Shown in pieces: positions 61,042 through 64,000 of a stretch of 64,000 nt of DNA; position 1 is the first letter of the stretch, and the number at the start of each line of letters is the position of its first letter. The notes below the pieces were generated by a model, which saw only the letters and a list, made by a program, of their open reading frames with translations, made no database searches and was not told where the DNA came from. The DNA is taken from the NCBI GenBank assembly GCA_029263235.1, contig JAJCXW010000200.1, positions 11,978-75,977 on the forward strand, in the 5' to 3' direction. This DNA comes from Acidimicrobiales bacterium (GTDB taxonomy: Bacteria > Actinomycetota > Acidimicrobiia > Acidimicrobiales > Aldehydirespiratoraceae). The translations under genes were made by a program, and so were the position numbers.

Positions 61042-62043
61042 TCAGATCCCCAGAGAATCGGCAACCCGGTCTCTGTGGAAACCGGCATCTCCCCATGCCG
61101 ACGACAGAGCCCATCCCCGTTTGAGCCACAACTGCAGGTCGTACTCGATCGTGTAGCCGATGGCTCCGTGGCACTGCAGTGCGACACGACAAGCCCGATC
61201 AACGGCGTCCGACGCCACGGCCTTGGCCATCGACACGTCGCGCCGACGATCGAACATCGTTGTGGAGTCAGCACCGATCGACCAAGCTGCTCGGTACACG
61301 AGTGGAGCCGCGAAGTCGATGGCGATCCTCACGTCGGACAGCTGGTGCTTCACCGCTTGGTAGCTGCCGACAGGCTTGCCGAACTGGTGGCGGGTCCCGA
61401 CATAGTCCACCGTGGCATCGAGAAGCTTCCGGGCGACCCCCAGACACTGTGCTGCTGCGAACAGCACGGCACGGTCAGAGGCGACGCCAACGTCGGCGCC
61501 AACCAACACAGTGGCGTCAGCGACCTCGAAACCAACCTCACAAAGCCGGCGGCTCTGATCCACGGACGGCTGAGGTGTGAGAGTGGCTGCGCTCGACGGC
61601 ACTGCGTACAGCTCTCCTGACCGTTCCATCACCAGCAGGTCGGCGATCTCGGCGGCGAGCACATAGCGACCACCCGCCCCGAGCCCGATCGAGCACGTGA
61701 TGTCACCCGCGACCGCCGCTTGTGCCAAGTCGGTGGCACCTCCTTCGGCGAGGGCCGGAGCCGCCACGCCAGCATGCTCAGCCAAAGGCTCGGGCACGCC
61801 TGCATATCCGGCTTCCTCCAGCGGCCGCACCAGATCGATCTCGCCCATGGCCAGACCACCGACCGTCTCGGGAGCCAGCACCGCCATCACTCCGACCTCA
61901 CCGAGCGCCGACCACAGCCCCGGCACGCGACCGTCGTCACTGTCCCAGCTGGCCCGAACTGCTGCAGGCGAACATCTGTCGGACAGCAGGTCTCGCACTG
62001 TGTCGCGAAACATGTCCTGCTCGTCACTGAAGCTGAATCTCAT
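61042..62043 (-). CDS. Acyl-CoA dehydrogenase family protein, short (333 aa) partner
   Basis: MRFSFSDEQDMFRDTVRDLL start and CHGAIGYTIEYDLQLWLKR in the C-terminal domain. No YEGT-type Glu region visible. Confidence 0.8.
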   Translation of the reverse strand: MRFSFSDEQDMFRDTVRDLLSDRCSPAAVRASWDSDDGRVPGLWSALGEVGVMAVLAPETVGGLAMGEIDLVRPLEEAGYAGVPEPLAEHAGVAAPALAEGGATDLAQAAVAGDITCSIGLGAGGRYVLAAEIADLLVMERSGELYAVPSSAATLTPQPSVDQSRRLCEVGFEVADATVLVGADVGVASDRAVLFAAAQCLGVARKLLDATVDYVGTRHQFGKPVGSYQAVKHQLSDVRIAIDFAAPLVYRAAWSIGADSTTMFDRRRDVSMAKAVASDAVDRACRVALQCHGAIGYTIEYDLQLWLKRGWALSSAWGDAGFHRDRVADSLGI

Positions 62044-62047
62044 GCCA

Positions 62048-63220
62048 CTACCGCCGGGGCAGGCCGAGCACCCGCTCGGCGATGATGTTGCGTTGAATTT
62101 CGTTGGTCCCGGCGTATATCGGGCCGGAGAGAGCGAACACATACCCGTCGAGCCACGCGCCTCGTTCGACCGAATCTGGGGCGGCGGGCGCCAATTCGCC
62201 GCGATCACCCAGAAGCCTCATCGCCGTGGCGTGGAGCTCAACGTCCATCTCGGACCAGAAGACCTTCATCAGGCTGGCCTCCGAGCCGAGCTCGTCGCCG
62301 TCCATCAGCCTGGAAGCGGTGAAATAGGTCTGCCAGCGGTAGGCCTGGGCTCGGATCCACGCGTCGGTCACCTCGTCGCGGAGTCGGGGGTCGATCTGTT
62401 CACCCGAGTTCTGGAGTTCCGTCGCCAGGGCCCGGAGCCTCTCCGCGGCTGCCATGAAGCGGCCCGGGCTGCGAAGGTTGAGCCCACGTTCGGACCCGGC
62501 GGCTGCCATGGCCACCGCCCATCCCTGGCCTTCCTCGCCGAGGACGTTGTCGACCGAGACCCGGCAGTCATCGAAGAAGATCTCGGCGAATCCGGGTTCA
62601 CCGTCGAGTCGACCAATCGGTCTGCGTTCGAGCCCCGGGGCGTCGGCAGGCACGAGCAGATAGGTCAGTCCGCGGTGTCGTTCTTCGTCGGGGTCGGTTC
62701 TCACGATGCAGAAGATCCAGTCGGCCCACGCCCCCCGGGAGCACCACGTCTTCTGGCCGTTGATCACGAAGTGATCGCCGTCTCGAATGGCCCGCGTCTT
62801 GATTGCGGCCAGATCGCTTCCGGCGTCGGGCTCAGACCAGCCCTGGGCCCAGATGTCGGTGCCAGCCGCCATGCGCGGCAGGAAATGATCCTGCTGTTCG
62901 GTGGTTCCGAAATTGAAGATCGTCGGGGCGAGCAGGCTCACCCCGTTGGCGCTCACCCGACCCGGTACGCCCGAGAACCAGTACTCCTCCTCGTAGATGA
63001 GCCACTCCATCAGATCGCAGTCCCGCCCGCCGTAGGCGGAAGGCCACGCTGGCACCGACCAGCCACCGTCGAACAGGACCCGCTCCCACTCGCGGTGCTG
63101 TTCGAACCCGCCGGGCGTATCCATCGAACCGAGTGCCCGGTCGGGTTTGTTGTCGAGCAGCCATGTGCGGCATTCGTCGCGGAACGACTCGTAGCGCGGC
63201 GAAAGGTCGAGATCGATCAC
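62048..63220 (-). CDS. Acyl-CoA dehydrogenase family protein (390 aa)
   Basis: FVINGQKTWCS and PIYAGTNEIQRNIIAERVLGLP (Ala where MCAD-type enzymes have the catalytic Glu). 4 nt upstream of its partner. Confidence 0.85.
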   Translation of the reverse strand: MIDLDLSPRYESFRDECRTWLLDNKPDRALGSMDTPGGFEQHREWERVLFDGGWSVPAWPSAYGGRDCDLMEWLIYEEEYWFSGVPGRVSANGVSLLAPTIFNFGTTEQQDHFLPRMAAGTDIWAQGWSEPDAGSDLAAIKTRAIRDGDHFVINGQKTWCSRGAWADWIFCIVRTDPDEERHRGLTYLLVPADAPGLERRPIGRLDGEPGFAEIFFDDCRVSVDNVLGEEGQGWAVAMAAAGSERGLNLRSPGRFMAAAERLRALATELQNSGEQIDPRLRDEVTDAWIRAQAYRWQTYFTASRLMDGDELGSEASLMKVFWSEMDVELHATAMRLLGDRGELAPAAPDSVERGAWLDGYVFALSGPIYAGTNEIQRNIIAERVLGLPRR

Positions 63221-63978
63221 CGGAACCCGCTCTTGCGCACACCGTTCGGATCGAACACGTCGCGGATCAGCCTGAGTTCTTCGGCGTCCGGGATTCGGCT
63301 CTCAGGGACATCGCTGGGAATCGTCAGATCGAACGGTGTGGCGTCCACGATCTGATCGATCTCGACCCCCGGATGAACCGATCGGAGCCGCATCGTGTGG
63401 TCAGCGGTCTCGAAGTCGTAGGCGCCGAGGTTCGTGACGACCCGACGAATCTCGAAGAATCTGGCCGAGTCGCCGAGTTGGGCCAGCTTGTCGTATCCGG
63501 GTCCGGACACGACATCCACCTCGGTGGCGAAGGCCCGAGCCTGATCGGGGACCCAATACGTGGTGGCATGGTTGATGAGGTTGCCCGGGGCACCGCGCAG
63601 ACCGAGGAGTTGAGCCTTGGGCTTTCGGTACGGGCCGATAGCCGCGAAGTTCTGGTTGCCATGACGATCGATCTGACTGGCTCCCATCACCACGTGGCGC
63701 TTCCCCGACCAGACCTGGTCGAATACCGACCGGAACGGCATGTAGGCCTCGACCGTGAAGTCGCTCGGGTCGCCACCGAGCGGCAGATTCCCCGAAACCG
63801 CATAGGCGATGGTGTCGGTGAGCATCAGGTCGGGTTCGAAAGTGGCGCGGGCGAGCCGACCGGCGATCACCGGCACCGGCCCCATGGGATTGCAGAGCAC
63901 TTCCCCGTCGCCTCGGAAGGCCTCGGCGAGAGCGACGATGCAAATCTCGTCGAGGGTGGCGCGATCGTCGGACGTCAT
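63217..63978 (-). CDS. CoA-transferase family I, beta subunit
   Basis: EICIVALAEAFRGDGEVLCNPMG...VVMGASQIDRHGNQNF, typical of beta subunits of 3-oxoacid/IpdB-like CoA-transferases. Confidence 0.75.
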   Translation of the reverse strand: MTSDDRATLDEICIVALAEAFRGDGEVLCNPMGPVPVIAGRLARATFEPDLMLTDTIAYAVSGNLPLGGDPSDFTVEAYMPFRSVFDQVWSGKRHVVMGASQIDRHGNQNFAAIGPYRKPKAQLLGLRGAPGNLINHATTYWVPDQARAFATEVDVVSGPGYDKLAQLGDSARFFEIRRVVTNLGAYDFETADHTMRLRSVHPGVEIDQIVDATPFDLTIPSDVPESRIPDAEELRLIRDVFDPNGVRKSGFR

Positions 63979-64000
63979 GGCGTCGGGCCCTCGGCGGCGT
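63975..64000 (-). CDS. 3' end of an upstream gene (probably the CoA-transferase alpha subunit), truncated by the window edge
   Basis: Open frame ...AAEGPTP* whose TGA overlaps the next ATG (ATGA). Identity is inferred from context only. Confidence 0.3.

Noticed and set aside
61697-63355. 552-aa ORF antisense to the two acyl-CoA dehydrogenase genes
   Set aside because: Pro/Arg/Gly-rich junk composition, and the minus-strand ACAD calls explain the region.

Overview
GC-rich (about two-thirds G+C by eye, not computed), very gene-dense chromosomal window that looks actinobacterial. Pointers: DUF222-HNH, DUF2510, a PASTA kinase, F420 cofC, Asp-type MurA, and (from memory) the gene order iscS-mnmA ... 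ligA ... gatCAB ... ilvBNC seen in Mycobacterium. I call about 66 protein genes. I saw no rRNA, tRNA, CRISPR array, transposase, integrase or recognisable phage or defence gene. The core backbone is a ParC/ParE-like type IIA topoisomerase, fpg, htpX, gpsA, rnhB, ilvBNC (with a leader-peptide attenuator), gatCAB, ligA, mnmA, a cysteine desulfurase and murA. Blocks that look accessory interrupt it: (1) a 7-gene membrane-associated MoxR AAA+ / DUF58 / DUF4350 / DUF4129 / polytopic-membrane operon with convergent SpoIIM-like and divergent RDD genes (44.6-51.6 kb), my best candidate for an uncharacterised system; (2) a 6.3-kb envelope block between gatC and ligA (SCP2, solitary 4-PASTA Ser/Thr kinase, small anchored protein, VanY-type peptidase fused to three SLH domains, two APH/choline-kinase-fold phosphotransferases); (3) an orphan HTH protein with atypical codon usage; (4) vapBC inserted after ilvC; (5) a DUF222-HNH gene next to an ECF sigma module. 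Other notable items are a trehalose-6-P phosphatase fused to GH15, a second SLH protein, an ACAD pair with a CoA-transferase, many short tandem repeats, and divergent starts only 18-21 bp apart. All starts were chosen by hand and all family calls rest on motifs read by eye. No searches were run.
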